Positions 37,113-46,773 of a stretch of DNA of 53,848 nucleotides are shown here, piece after piece (within the stretch, counting starts at the first letter, position 1; each line of letters opens with the position of its first letter). A program made the position numbers and the translations under genes. The stretch is from Candidatus Geohabitans tengchongensis (GTDB lineage: Bacteria > Sysuimicrobiota > Sysuimicrobiia > Sysuimicrobiales > Humicultoraceae), in the NCBI GenBank assembly GCA_031459625.1, contig JAVKIH010000016.1, forward strand, positions 1-53,848, in the 5' to 3' direction. The notes beneath the pieces are model-generated. The model saw only the letters and a list, made by a program, of their open reading frames with translations, was not told where the DNA came from and did not search any database.

Positions 37113-40100
37113 TCACGGCCCCACCACCTGGACGCCCACCCGGGCGCCTTCCTTGTGCAGCAGCACCTTGGTGAATGCCCGGGCGCTGACCCGCACGTGC
37201 CGCACGGTGATCGGCTCGGCCGCCTGGACCGCGACGGTGTAGATCCCCTCCGGGACCCGCACCGGCTGCCCCGTCGTCCCGCGGGCCACGACCGTGCCGG
37301 CGGCGTCCCGGACCTGGTAGGGGAGGGCCAGCGACTGGCGGATGGCCTGGGTGAGCGCGCGGGCGTTCCGGGCGTCGAAGAAGCGGCCGCCAGTGAGGCG
37401 GGCCACGCGCGCCATTTCCTCCCGGGTGGTCGGGTCGGCCAGGGCAAAGCCGACGATGTTCAACCGGACCTGGACGCCGCGGGCGACCAGGTCGGCGACG
37501 ACGGCGGAGGGGCTGCCGCCGCACTCCTCCTTGCCGTCGGTGACGAGGATGACGAGCTTCTCGCCGGGCACGCCGCGGAGGTCCTGGGCGACCTGGCGGA
37601 GGGTGTAGGCGATGGGCGTGGTGCCGAGGGCCTGGATGGCGCGGACGCGCGCGATCATGCGCGGCCCATCGAGGCGCTGGAAGGGGACGAGGAGCTGGCT
37701 GTCCTGGCAGTCGCCGGGGCGCCCTTCCCGGATGCGGTGGCCGTAGACGCGCAGCGCCACCCGGGCATCGGGCGGCAGGTCCTTGATGATCTGGACCGTC
37801 ACGTCCTTGGCGATGTCCATCATCGGGCGGCCCTCGATGCGCCGTTTCATCGACCCGGACGCATCCAGGATCAGCTCGATGGCGCCGGGGGCGGCGACCG
37901 CGGCGAGGCGCTCCCCCGTGGCGCTCACGGCCAGCGTCCCGGTGCCCCGGCTGAGCGTCGCCCGCAGGTAGTAGGGACCCGGGCGCCGCAGCTCCTCGGC
38001 GATCTGCCGGTAGATCTGCGTGAGCTGCTCGGGGTCGCTGGTGAAGAACGACCGCGCCGCCGTGGCCAGGGCGGCGTGGGCCAGCAGGCGCCGGCCGCTC
38101 GAGCCCAGGACCGGGTCGAAGACCGGCAAGTCGCGGCCCAGCCCGACCGTGTACAGGCGAATGCGGTGCCGTTCCAGCAGCCGCCAGAAGTCGGGGTAGG
38201 AAAGGCGGCTCGTCGTGTCGGCGCCGTCGGTCATCAGGACGATGGCCCGGTTCCCCTCGGCCTGCTGGAGGAGGACCACGGCCTGCCGGACGGCGTCGTA
38301 CAGCGGCGTCCCGCCCTTGGCGAAGAACCGGTCGCGGACGGCCGCGCGGAGGCGGGCGGGGTCGCTCGTGAAGGCAGGCAGCAGCGTCTCCACATAGGGC
38401 GGGTCCTTGACGCCGGGGCGGCCCGAGAAGCGGATGAGGTTGAGGCGCTCGCTGGGCTGCACCCCCTCCAGGTAGGCTTCCACCGCGGCCTTGAGGTTGG
38501 CCACGCTGGCGGCGTCCATGCTCCCGCTGGTGTCCCAGACGAGGACGATGGAGGCCGGTGGCTCGGTGACGCGGACCAGGTGGTCGCCGGGACGGACCGC
38601 CCAGGAGAATGCGGCGCGGCGCCCCGGGAGGGCGCGCGGGGTGAGGGAGGCGAGCGTCCGGCCGGCCGGATCCTGGAGCGTGACGGAGGAGCGGATGGCC
38701 GGCTGGCCGGCCACCTCGAAGGTGAGCACCGTGTCCGCGGGGGCGGGCACGGTCAGCCTGAAGAAGTCCTCTTCGCCCAGCGGCTCGATCGTCCCCCGGA
38801 TGCGCCGGCCCGGCACGAGCGGGTTGGCCTGGGCGGGCGTGTTGTTGGCCTCCTGCTCGACGGCGGCCGCCGCGGCATCCTCCACCGGCGGCGGGACAGC
38901 AGCGGTTTGCCGTTCGAGCTCGTGCGCCGTCGTGAGGAGGATCGAGGTGTAGCCGGGCGCGGTCCCCTCCAGCACGCGGACCTCGCCGATGGCGACCCGG
39001 CGGTCCTCGGCCGCCTCGGTGACCCGGAGCCGGAGGAAGCGGGCGCGCCGGTTGATTGGGATGGTCTGGTCGCCCGCGGCCTGCGGGACCGCGAAGCGCC
39101 CCACCTCCTCGAAGCCATCGAAAGGCGTCTCGGTCGTGGCTTCGACCACGACGGTCCTGGGCCAGGCCTCGTCGTGGCCGAGCGTCCGCTCGTCCGGCAG
39201 CGTCAGGACCAGACGGTCCACGAGGGCGACCTGGTCGCCGTGGAAGGCGAAGACGAGCTCCACGGGGACAGGGTCGTGCGAGACCCAGACGGTGGCGGGG
39301 TCGCCGTCGATCAGGTGGGCCGCCTGCCGGTGTCCCCGCCGCGAGCTCCACCGGGAGACGACGCCGCCCAGCGCCTGGTGGGCGATGTTCTTCGGCAGGT
39401 CGGCCAGGATCGAGGGGCCGTCCGGCACCTCCAGGACCTTCACCTCGGCCAGGTGGATGGCGCGGGCACCGTAGTTCGAGAGGACCCGCAGGCGGACGAA
39501 GGCCGCGGGGGTGGGGGCGAAGGCGATGAGGTGCTCGCCCAGCCGGGCGGGCAACCAGGCGGCCGCCACGCGGGTGAAGCCGTCGGTGGGGCCGGTCGTC
39601 GAGACCCACACCTCGACCTGCCGCGGTTTGTAGGCCAGCGGGTACCAGTGCTGGAAGGAGGTCGTGTCGATGACGACCGCGTGCACGGTGGCGCGCCGGC
39701 CCTGGTGGAAGCCGAAGACGATGTCCTGGGGGAAGTTCGCCCGGTGGGCCTCGACGCTGTTTGTCGCGCGCTCCCGGGAGAGCCAGCCGCAGGAGGGCTC
39801 GCAGTCGGCGGGGTCGTCGATGATGACCGGGAAGCCGTCGATCAGGGTGCGGCCGCTGCGGGAGGCGTCGTTCTTCTCGGAGGTGACCGAGACGATCCGT
39901 CCGCCCAGCGCGGCCGCGGCGACGTTCAGGCCCCGGACCGCCGCAGCCGCCTCGGCGCCGCCCGCCTGGGGAGCCGCCGGGGTGACGGTGAAGGCGATGG
40001 CGCGCCGGACCGGCCCGCGCAGCTCCACCGTGTAGGCTCCCGGGGCGAACCCGCTGTAGGGACCGTCGAACCAGAGCACCCACCCGCGGGGCGAGCGCCG

Positions 40101-40679
40101 GGCCTGTCGGCTTCCCGGGCGTGCGTACACGTAGCCCAGGTCGGCGTTGGCCTCGTGCCCTTCGACCTGCACCGCCCTCCAGTGCGCGAAGAGGTTCGGG
40201 TCCTCGACGGCCACCGGCGCACCGTCGACCACGACGTAGATCCGCTCGGTGGTGTCCGGGAACTCCAGGCCCGGCTCCACCGCCTCGCCGCCGTCCGTCA
40301 CGCCGCGGGCGAGCTGCACGCGGACCTGGTCAGTGGCGGCGGAGGTGGGACCGGCGGTCGGGGGCACGGTGGGGCCCGTGGCGGGTGTTGCGGCCGCGGG
40401 CGTGGGGACGGCTTCAGGTGCGGGCGTCGCCGTGGGGCGGGTTTCGGATGTGGGCGTCGCCGTGGGCCGGGTCTCGGCGGGCGGGCTGGCAGCGGGGGGC
40501 GCCGGCGCGGGCGCGGGGACGGCTTCAGGCGCTGGCGTGGAGACGGCTTCGGGGGATGGCACGGGGACGCCCCGACCCTCGGTTCCCCGCCATCCACCGC
40601 TGCGTGGTCCCGTGCACCCGGCCACCACCAGCAGGGCGGCGAGGAGCAGGGCCCTCCCCGATCGCCCCGGGGACCTCAC
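37113..40679 (-). CDS. Large surface lipoprotein: Ig-like domain, two discoidin-like domains, PPC-like domain, two VWA domains
   Basis: Lipobox VAGC; NVAAAALGG and NIAHQALGG...LIDG repeats; EQEANNT; MIDAS motifs DTSGSM/GGTPL/MTDG and DASGSM/GTTPI/VTDG. Confidence 0.88.
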   Translation of the reverse strand: MRSPGRSGRALLLAALLVVAGCTGPRSGGWRGTEGRGVPVPSPEAVSTPAPEAVPAPAPAPPAASPPAETRPTATPTSETRPTATPAPEAVPTPAAATPATGPTVPPTAGPTSAATDQVRVQLARGVTDGGEAVEPGLEFPDTTERIYVVVDGAPVAVEDPNLFAHWRAVQVEGHEANADLGYVYARPGSRQARRSPRGWVLWFDGPYSGFAPGAYTVELRGPVRRAIAFTVTPAAPQAGGAEAAAAVRGLNVAAAALGGRIVSVTSEKNDASRSGRTLIDGFPVIIDDPADCEPSCGWLSRERATNSVEAHRANFPQDIVFGFHQGRRATVHAVVIDTTSFQHWYPLAYKPRQVEVWVSTTGPTDGFTRVAAAWLPARLGEHLIAFAPTPAAFVRLRVLSNYGARAIHLAEVKVLEVPDGPSILADLPKNIAHQALGGVVSRWSSRRGHRQAAHLIDGDPATVWVSHDPVPVELVFAFHGDQVALVDRLVLTLPDERTLGHDEAWPRTVVVEATTETPFDGFEEVGRFAVPQAAGDQTIPINRRARFLRLRVTEAAEDRRVAIGEVRVLEGTAPGYTSILLTTAHELERQTAAVPPPVEDAAAAAVEQEANNTPAQANPLVPGRRIRGTIEPLGEEDFFRLTVPAPADTVLTFEVAGQPAIRSSVTLQDPAGRTLASLTPRALPGRRAAFSWAVRPGDHLVRVTEPPASIVLVWDTSGSMDAASVANLKAAVEAYLEGVQPSERLNLIRFSGRPGVKDPPYVETLLPAFTSDPARLRAAVRDRFFAKGGTPLYDAVRQAVVLLQQAEGNRAIVLMTDGADTTSRLSYPDFWRLLERHRIRLYTVGLGRDLPVFDPVLGSSGRRLLAHAALATAARSFFTSDPEQLTQIYRQIAEELRRPGPYYLRATLSRGTGTLAVSATGERLAAVAAPGAIELILDASGSMKRRIEGRPMMDIAKDVTVQIIKDLPPDARVALRVYGHRIREGRPGDCQDSQLLVPFQRLDGPRMIARVRAIQALGTTPIAYTLRQVAQDLRGVPGEKLVILVTDGKEECGGSPSAVVADLVARGVQVRLNIVGFALADPTTREEMARVARLTGGRFFDARNARALTQAIRQSLALPYQVRDAAGTVVARGTTGQPVRVPEGIYTVAVQAAEPITVRHVRVSARAFTKVLLHKEGARVGVQVVGP
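40401..40560 (-). repeat. Intragenic Pro/Thr-rich linker repeats (PEAVxxP x3, ETRPTATP x2)
   Basis: 30-bp-period repeat at about 40422-40477 and recurring GACGGCTTC units. Confidence 0.7.
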
Positions 40680-41149
40680 GGGGGCGTCACCGTGAAGGTG
40701 CCGGTGCGGGCGTGCTGTCCGTTGAGACGCAGCTCGAAGCGGTACGTCCCCGGCGTGGCCCCGCCCTCCCACTGGATCCAGAACCAGAGCCGGCCCTTCC
40801 CGGGGAAGCGCGATCCGAAGATCTCACCGAGGGTGGTGCTCTGTGTGAGGAGGCGCTGACCCTCCCGCAGCCACCGGCCCTCCAGCCGGTCGGCGGCCCG
40901 CAGCTCCGCAAACCGGAAGACCGCGTAGATGCGTCGCGTACCCGCAGCGAAGCTCTGGGCCGCGCCGACGGGACGGCCGTTCCGGGTGGTCGCCGTGAAG
41001 GTGATCGGGGAGATCGTGCCACCCGGTGCGCCGGCGGCGTGCCGGACGAAGGGGGCCGCCAGGACGGCCACGACGAAGGCCGTGACGACGGCGATGACGG
41101 TGATGACCCGAGTGCGGGCCGGGGTGGGCATATTGGGGCACCTGGTCAT
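40676..41149 (-). CDS. Secreted single Ig-like-domain protein (paralogue of the C-domain of 36175-37077)
   Basis: PITFTA...GRPVGAA...GTRRIYAVF...DRLEG.W...LWFW...PG.(Y/F)RFEL.LNG is shared between the two proteins. Confidence 0.8.
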   Translation of the reverse strand: MTRCPNMPTPARTRVITVIAVVTAFVVAVLAAPFVRHAAGAPGGTISPITFTATTRNGRPVGAAQSFAAGTRRIYAVFRFAELRAADRLEGRWLREGQRLLTQSTTLGEIFGSRFPGKGRLWFWIQWEGGATPGTYRFELRLNGQHARTGTFTVTPP

Positions 41150-41169
41150 GATTGGCCCGACCTCCCGGG

Positions 41170-41586
41170 CTACGAGCCGCCGGCGTAGCGGGCGGCGAGA
41201 CGGCCGACGATGGGGATCTCGAAGCGCTCGCCCTGGTAGGCCCGGTAGGCGTAGAGGAGGGTGAGGACGATCCAGCCCAGGGCGAGGATGGGCGTGAGGA
41301 AGACGAGCGGCAGGAGGAACGGCATCGTGGCTGCCAGGACGCCCATCACGATCGACCAGCCGGCCATCACCACGATGCCGGCCACGATGAAGCCCAGGGC
41401 CTGCACGGCGTGGTAGCGCAGGAAGCCGTGGCGCTTCAGGTCCGTGAGGAGCACCACCAGCGCGATGATGCCGATGGGGTACCCCAGGGCGGCCAGCAGG
41501 CGGTTCTCGTTCGTCCTCGTCTCTTGCATGACGATCTCCTCCTCGTCTGCCCCAGCAGGGGTGGTCGCCGGCGTGATCTGCGTCAA
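41170..41586 (-). CDS. DUF4870-like membrane protein
   Basis: LLAALGY, FLRYHAVQAL, AYRAYQGERFEIPIVG. Confidence 0.85.
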   Translation of the reverse strand: MTQITPATTPAGADEEEIVMQETRTNENRLLAALGYPIGIIALVVLLTDLKRHGFLRYHAVQALGFIVAGIVVMAGWSIVMGVLAATMPFLLPLVFLTPILALGWIVLTLLYAYRAYQGERFEIPIVGRLAARYAGGS

Positions 41587-41813
41587 CGTCCGCCCTGCGA
41601 TCCGCTCCCCGCGGCAGGGTCCTTCGGATCCCCCCCCGCCCGGCCCACGGTGAGGAGCAGGTCACGCAGGTTGCCGGCGATCAACGCCTCCCGCTCCTCC
41701 GTCGAGAGGTCGTAGCCGTGGAGGGCGCGGTGGGGGTCGTCCAGGAGACGGTGCCGGAACCGCTCGTCCTCCAGGGCCCGGGCCAGGATCTCCTGGAGGA
41801 CCTCCTGGCTCAC
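41583..41813 (-). CDS. NHLP-clan (Os1348/Franean1_4349-like) small protein
   Basis: MSQEVLQEILARALEDERFRHRLLDDPHRALHGYDLSTEEREAL matches the nitrile-hydratase-leader-like pattern RAxxDxxFRxxLLxDP. Confidence 0.75.
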   Translation of the reverse strand: MSQEVLQEILARALEDERFRHRLLDDPHRALHGYDLSTEEREALIAGNLRDLLLTVGRAGGDPKDPAAGSGSQGGR

Positions 41814-41823
41814 CGGCGCGGCC

Positions 41824-42486
41824 TCATGCGCCGGCCTCCGGCCCGCTCACCCGCGCGGCGGCCACAAACCGGCCGGGGGCCTGGGCCCGCGGGCCCTCAC
41901 CCCCACCCGTGCGGGCGCTCAGGACCACGCTGCCCACGGCGAGCGCCAGGGCGGCGATCACCGCCAGCACCTGCACCGCGCGTGGGGTGGGCCGGCGGAC
42001 CACGACCGCCCGCGCGGCCAGGTCCCCCAGCCGCTGGCGTCCGGGCGTGACCATGATCACCACCATGCCCACCAGGTAGAGCGCCAGCCCGTCGACCAGC
42101 CGCAGCACGTTGCGGATGACCGCCCGGGCCAGGCTCAGGCGCCCGCCCTCCTGCCGGCGTACGCGGATCCCTGCCGCCACCTTGCCGAGGGTGGCGCCGA
42201 CGAGGGCCTCGCCCAGGGCGAAGTAGGCGAGCAGCACGAGACCGACCAGCCCTATGGTCAGGAACGCCGGCCCGCCTTCCAGCTGGAACCCGCCGCCGGT
42301 CAGGCCGCCGTACCGGGCCGCCACACGCATGCCAACGAGGAAGAAGACGGCAAAGGCGACCAGCCCGTCGACGACCTGCCCGGCTGCGCGCAGCAACAGC
42401 GTCGCCGGGGCGTCGTCGGGCCGCGGTACGGCCTCGGCAGCCGTCGGGCCGGCGACCGGGGCCTCAGGGGCAAGGGGTGTCGCCAT
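41824..42486 (-). CDS. RDD family membrane protein
   Basis: RAAGQVVD, GATLGK, IRNVLRLVD, QRLGDLAA. Confidence 0.88.
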   Translation of the reverse strand: MATPLAPEAPVAGPTAAEAVPRPDDAPATLLLRAAGQVVDGLVAFAVFFLVGMRVAARYGGLTGGGFQLEGGPAFLTIGLVGLVLLAYFALGEALVGATLGKVAAGIRVRRQEGGRLSLARAVIRNVLRLVDGLALYLVGMVVIMVTPGRQRLGDLAARAVVVRRPTPRAVQVLAVIAALALAVGSVVLSARTGGGEGPRAQAPGRFVAAARVSGPEAGA

Positions 42487-42495
42487 CGCAGGGCC

Positions 42496-42530
42496 ACCCT
42501 AGCAGGGGCACCTGAACAAAACCTGGACGG
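42496..42530 (-). promoter_or_regulatory. Promoter with heptamer direct-repeat box (copy 2)
   Basis: CCG-TCCAGGT-TTTG-TTCAGGT-GCCCCTGC-TAGGGT, 9 nt upstream of the RDD ATG. Confidence 0.8.
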
Positions 42531-42623
42531 GCCCCCGGCCCTTGGGGGCGTCGGGCCTGCCGACGACGAGGAGGGGCGACCCGGGAGCCAGGCCGCCCCT
42601 CCGTTGCTCGAGAGACCGATGTG

Positions 42624-42764
42624 CTACTGGACGACGATGCGCCGGTAGGCGACGAGGAGCCAGATGATGAGGATGAGCACGAGCAGCCAGACCAGTTCGC
42701 TGTTGCCGCGCTCGCTGCGAAGCCGTGCCAGCAGGTGCTGCAGCCAGATCTCCATCGGAATCAT
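42624..42764 (-). CDS. 46-aa membrane peptide with a prepilin-like leader
   Basis: GGGAGGTGAGG RBS; MIPMEIWLQHLLARLRSERG-NSELVWLLVLILIIWLLVAYRRIVVQ. Confidence 0.65.
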   Translation of the reverse strand: MIPMEIWLQHLLARLRSERGNSELVWLLVLILIIWLLVAYRRIVVQ

Positions 42765-42900
42765 CGCCTCACCTCCCGCTCGGAAAGATTCCGCCATCGG
42801 CCTCCCGCTTCCTGTCGGCCAGGCGAGGCGCGGGCACGCGCTTTGAGAGCGCGCGCTGGCGCGCTCCCCCGGGCACATCAGGAGGGACGGCGGGATCTGC

Positions 42901-45210
42901 TCAGGGAAGGGGCGGGCTGATCCGCACGGGCGGGTCGAAGGCCAGCACCCGCTGCGTCATGAAGTGGGACGGCGCGACCATGTAGAGCCGGTGGACGCGC
43001 CCCGTCGCCTCGCCGACGGCGGCGGCGAAGGCGGCCCCCGCGCCCTCCCACAGCACGAGGCGGCACGGTTCCCCGGGGCACCGCGCCGTGCGGCCCACCC
43101 GGGCGCGGGTGGCCTCCCGCATGTAGAGAACCGGCCCCGCCACGGTGATCGCCCGGGGCAGCTCGTCGGCCTCCCACGGTGCGTCAGGTGCGCGCCGGAT
43201 GAAGCGGCGCCGGCCGATGATGACCCCTTCCACCCCGCCGGTGGTGCGGTAGCGCAGGCGGTCGGGGGGTTGGGCTTCGAAGAGGCTCGCCACGCCACCG
43301 CCCTGCCCGTCGCTGATCTGCTCCACCTCCCGCCACGTGCGCAGGCGGGCCGTGGCCTCTCGCGCCCGGGCCAGCCAGCGGTGCGCCTCCGGGTCGCCGG
43401 GAGGCGGTGTTCCTGCCGGCGAGGGTGGCGGCGGTCCGTCCGGCGTGCGCACGGGGAAGCTCGTCACGCGGTCGAGCGCACCGGCCCGCCGCACCACCAC
43501 CTGGACCTCCCAGAACCCCGGCACGCCCAGCTCCGCGCCGTCGGCCACAAAGCGCCCGTCCCCGGCTGGCGTGAGCGTCCGGGTGATCGTCGCCACCTCC
43601 TCGTCGAGCTTCACGAAGCGCAGCAGCACCCGGTCGGCCGGTCCCTCCACCGTCACCGTGTAGCGGCGGCGCAGGCCGCCGGCGGGCTCCAGCGCCAGCG
43701 TCACCGGCGTGCCGTCTGCCCACCCCACCAGCCTGAGGAGGGGGAGTGGCGGCGCGGCCTCCGGCGGCGGGGTGATGGTGAGCGCGGCGGCGACCAGGAC
43801 GACGACCGCCGCGAGCGCGAGTTCGCCCCCCACACTGCGGGCCAGCCACCGCACCGCAGGGTGACGCTGCCGCGTGTTCCGCAGCGCCGGGCGCAGGACG
43901 AAGTGGTTCACGGCGGCCAGAGCGGCCAGCGGCAGCACCAGCGCGATCTTCAGCAGGAGGGCGTGGCCGTAGGGCGCGGTGGGCAGGGCCCGCACCGAGG
44001 GGACGATCGCCCAGGCCGCGACGAGGCCGGTCAGCACTAGTGTGCCCAGGGCGATGCCGGCCAGGCGGGAGAACCGCGGCAGCAGCGCCGCCGCCAGCTC
44101 GGCGCGCCGGGCGCCTGCCGCACGCAGGAGGCGCAGGAGCGCGGCGAGGCCTCCGATCCACAGCCCGGCCGCGGCCAGGTGGAGCCAGTCGACCGTCCCC
44201 AGCGCCCACCCGCGCCCCGCGGAGTGGGAGGCGAGCGAGACGGCCCCAAGCAGCGCCGCTGCCGGCAGCAGCGGCACCCAGGTGACCCGCGGCGGACGCC
44301 TCAGCGCCGTGGACACGGTGTGGACCACTGCCGCACCGAGGATCAGCACCAGGTGGCCCAGGTGGCTGCCGGTGGCCACGGCCGTGGGGCCGCCGAAGAG
44401 GGAGGCCAGCGCCCCCACACCCGTGAGGAGAATCACGCCGACGCCCTGAGCCAGCCGGCCGCTGCGGGTGGGGGGCAGGAGCAGCAGCACCGCTGCGGCC
44501 AGCCGGCCGAGCGTGCTCCAGCCGATGCGCGTCCCGAGCAGCAGGGCGCGGAAGCGCGGGTCGGCCACGGCGGCCGCGAGGGGTCTGTCGAGCAGCTGCG
44601 CGGCGTTGGCCAGGAACTCGGCGGTGCTGCCCGCCAGCACCCCGAGCGCGCCCAGGACCACCAGCGGGCGCAGGCGCGCCACCACGGTTTCAGGGGGCAG
44701 GACCTCGGCTGCCGCCGCCCCCACCAGCAGCGGGAAGGCCACCGCACCGGTAGCGAGCAGCGCGGCCGCCAGCGCCACCCAGCGAGGAACCACGACCATG
44801 AGCGCTGGCGCGCCACCCTCCGCCGACCGGCGTCCCGCCGGTACCGCCTCGCCCACCCCGAAGACGACGATGCCGCTCGTGGTGTGGCCGTCCACCATGG
44901 AGAGGACGCGCCAGCGCACGACGTAGAGCCCGCGCCCCCCGGAGGACAGGGGCAGGACGAGACGCCGCCCGTCCGGAGACCGGCGGAGCCCGGCGCTGTG
45001 CACGCTGCCCCCAGGATCGGTGACGCCGACGCTGCTGAGCGCGGGGTCCACCGGCTCGCTGAAGACCAGCACCACCCGGTCCGGGCGCGCCTCCACGGTG
45101 GCGCCCGGCGGCGGGTCGGCGCGCTCCAGCACGGCGTGGGCCCCCGCCGGGGCCGCCACGAGGAGCGGCAGCGCGAGCGCCGCCAGCACCGTGAGGACGT
45201 GCCGGCCCAT
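42901..45210 (-). CDS. CopC-CopD fusion with additional C-terminal periplasmic domains
   Basis: [25 protein letters not shown] (CopC); [31 protein letters not shown] (CopD). Confidence 0.9.
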   Translation of the reverse strand: MGRHVLTVLAALALPLLVAAPAGAHAVLERADPPPGATVEARPDRVVLVFSEPVDPALSSVGVTDPGGSVHSAGLRRSPDGRRLVLPLSSGGRGLYVVRWRVLSMVDGHTTSGIVVFGVGEAVPAGRRSAEGGAPALMVVVPRWVALAAALLATGAVAFPLLVGAAAAEVLPPETVVARLRPLVVLGALGVLAGSTAEFLANAAQLLDRPLAAAVADPRFRALLLGTRIGWSTLGRLAAAVLLLLPPTRSGRLAQGVGVILLTGVGALASLFGGPTAVATGSHLGHLVLILGAAVVHTVSTALRRPPRVTWVPLLPAAALLGAVSLASHSAGRGWALGTVDWLHLAAAGLWIGGLAALLRLLRAAGARRAELAAALLPRFSRLAGIALGTLVLTGLVAAWAIVPSVRALPTAPYGHALLLKIALVLPLAALAAVNHFVLRPALRNTRQRHPAVRWLARSVGGELALAAVVVLVAAALTITPPPEAAPPLPLLRLVGWADGTPVTLALEPAGGLRRRYTVTVEGPADRVLLRFVKLDEEVATITRTLTPAGDGRFVADGAELGVPGFWEVQVVVRRAGALDRVTSFPVRTPDGPPPPSPAGTPPPGDPEAHRWLARAREATARLRTWREVEQISDGQGGGVASLFEAQPPDRLRYRTTGGVEGVIIGRRRFIRRAPDAPWEADELPRAITVAGPVLYMREATRARVGRTARCPGEPCRLVLWEGAGAAFAAAVGEATGRVHRLYMVAPSHFMTQRVLAFDPPVRISPPLP

Positions 45211-45238
45211 GGCGCCGTTCAGGACCGCACCGCCATCG

Positions 45239-45691
45239 TCACCGCCGCACCGTGAACCGGAAGGTCCCGTGCAGGACATCCCCGTCCACCGCCGAGACAG
45301 TACGCCATCCCACGGTGTACGTGCCAGGACTCAGCGGGGTTCGGAGCACGGCCACCATCGAGGTGCGCTCCAGGTCGGCCAGGTCGACCCCGCCGCTGGC
45401 CAGCAGGCGCCCGCGGGCGTCGCGCACGTTCATCACACTGCCCTGGGGGGCCAGCTCTTCGCTGAACCACGCCCGCACCACTCGCGGCGGGCGGGTGAGG
45501 ACGGCGTTGGGCGCGGGCTCCGCCCGCACGAGGCGCGCGTGCCCAGGAGCCGGGACCGCCGCGAGGTGCCAGGCCAGCCCCACCGCCAGCAAGCGCACGA
45601 GCAGCATCCACGGGCCTGGCCGCCCCCCGCGCGTGGAGCGCGGGCCCGCCCGCGTGACGCCGTCCTTCACGGACCTGGTTCTCTCAGCCAT
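45239..45691 (-). CDS. copC: Copper resistance protein CopC
   Basis: [30 protein letters not shown]. Start may instead be ATG 45607. Confidence 0.85.
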   Translation of the reverse strand: MAERTRSVKDGVTRAGPRSTRGGRPGPWMLLVRLLAVGLAWHLAAVPAPGHARLVRAEPAPNAVLTRPPRVVRAWFSEELAPQGSVMNVRDARGRLLASGGVDLADLERTSMVAVLRTPLSPGTYTVGWRTVSAVDGDVLHGTFRFTVRR

Positions 45692-46773
45692 GTGATCCCT
45701 CCGCCCACGCTCTCGTCCGTCAGGCGCAGGAGGCGCGCCGTCGCCATCTCGTACAGGAACAGGCCCAGCTCGCCGGTGAAGGCGACCCACCGCCCGTCGG
45801 GGGACCAGGCGGCCACGATCCCGTCCTCCGCGACCTCGGTGAGCCGCTCCAGCCCGCTGCCGTCCCGGGCGACCACCCACAGGTCCCAGGGGATGCCGTG
45901 CGCCTGCACCCTGGCCGGCCCGGGCCGCCACTGCAGACGCGGCACCGGGGCCGAATCCAGCCACCGGGCCAGGGCCATCGCCTGCCTCGGGACGGCGCGA
46001 CCCGGACCCCCGGCGTCCGCTCCGCGCTTTGCCCGCATGGGCGGCCCGCCGAAGCCGGAGAAGACGATGCGCCGTCCGTCCGGGGCGAAGCGTGGGGCCA
46101 CGAGCCCGAGGAAGTCGCCGCCCACAAGCAGCCGCGGCGGGCCGCCCGGCTCCCGGACCCACAGCTGCGGGCGGCGCGTCCGACGATCGGTGGTCAGGTA
46201 GGCCACCGCGCCGTCGGAGGCGACGGTGGGCCAGGAGCCATCGGAGACCACCACCCGGAGTCTGGTCCCGTCGAGCGCCACCTCCTCGATGCGCGTGGCC
46301 GCCTTGCGGTTCTGGCGGACGACGAACAGGCGCTGCCCCCTGTGATCCCAGGCCGGCTGCATCGCGGCGCCCGCCTCGGCGTCGTAGGCCACCACGCGCC
46401 GTTGGGTCTGCCCGTCGGCACCCATGATGTAGACGTCCGTCCCCTCAGGATAGCTGCCGTCGGGGTTGGGGAAGAGCGCCGTGTAGGCGATGAGGTAGCC
46501 GTCAGGCGAGGCGGCGGGGTCGCCGACGTAGGCGCCGGGGGAGAAAGGGCGGAGCAGCCGCCGCGTCGCGGTCGACGGGCGGAAGCTCCAGAGGCCTCCG
46601 GGCCGCGGGAAGACGAGCGTGCCGCCGACCTGCGGGAGCGGGCCGCTCAGGGGCAGGCGGCGTGGGTCCGAGGAGCGGCAGGCGCTCAAGAGGACCAGCG
46701 CCAGGGCGCCGGCCACTGCTGCGCGACGCGCCGGGGGGGCGGCCCGCCTGTGTGCCGCTCCCAGCGGGCTCAT
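45667..46773 (-). CDS. TolB-like beta-propeller lipoprotein
   Basis: Lipobox LSAC; repeats PAASPDG, PAWD, PRFAPDG, AWSPDG. Confidence 0.85.
   Translation of the reverse strand: MSPLGAAHRRAAPPARRAAVAGALALVLLSACRSSDPRRLPLSGPLPQVGGTLVFPRPGGLWSFRPSTATRRLLRPFSPGAYVGDPAASPDGYLIAYTALFPNPDGSYPEGTDVYIMGADGQTQRRVVAYDAEAGAAMQPAWDHRGQRLFVVRQNRKAATRIEEVALDGTRLRVVVSDGSWPTVASDGAVAYLTTDRRTRRPQLWVREPGGPPRLLVGGDFLGLVAPRFAPDGRRIVFSGFGGPPMRAKRGADAGGPGRAVPRQAMALARWLDSAPVPRLQWRPGPARVQAHGIPWDLWVVARDGSGLERLTEVAEDGIVAAWSPDGRWVAFTGELGLFLYEMATARLLRLTDESVGGGITWLREPGP

Noticed and set aside
19703..40859. Very long antisense or alternate-frame ORFs (e.g. 19703-22810, 23884-26454, 26696-30433, 37053-40859, and the 5' part of 36175-40083)
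   Set aside because: Shadow ORFs typical of high-GC DNA. They overlap well-supported genes and have no recognisable motifs.
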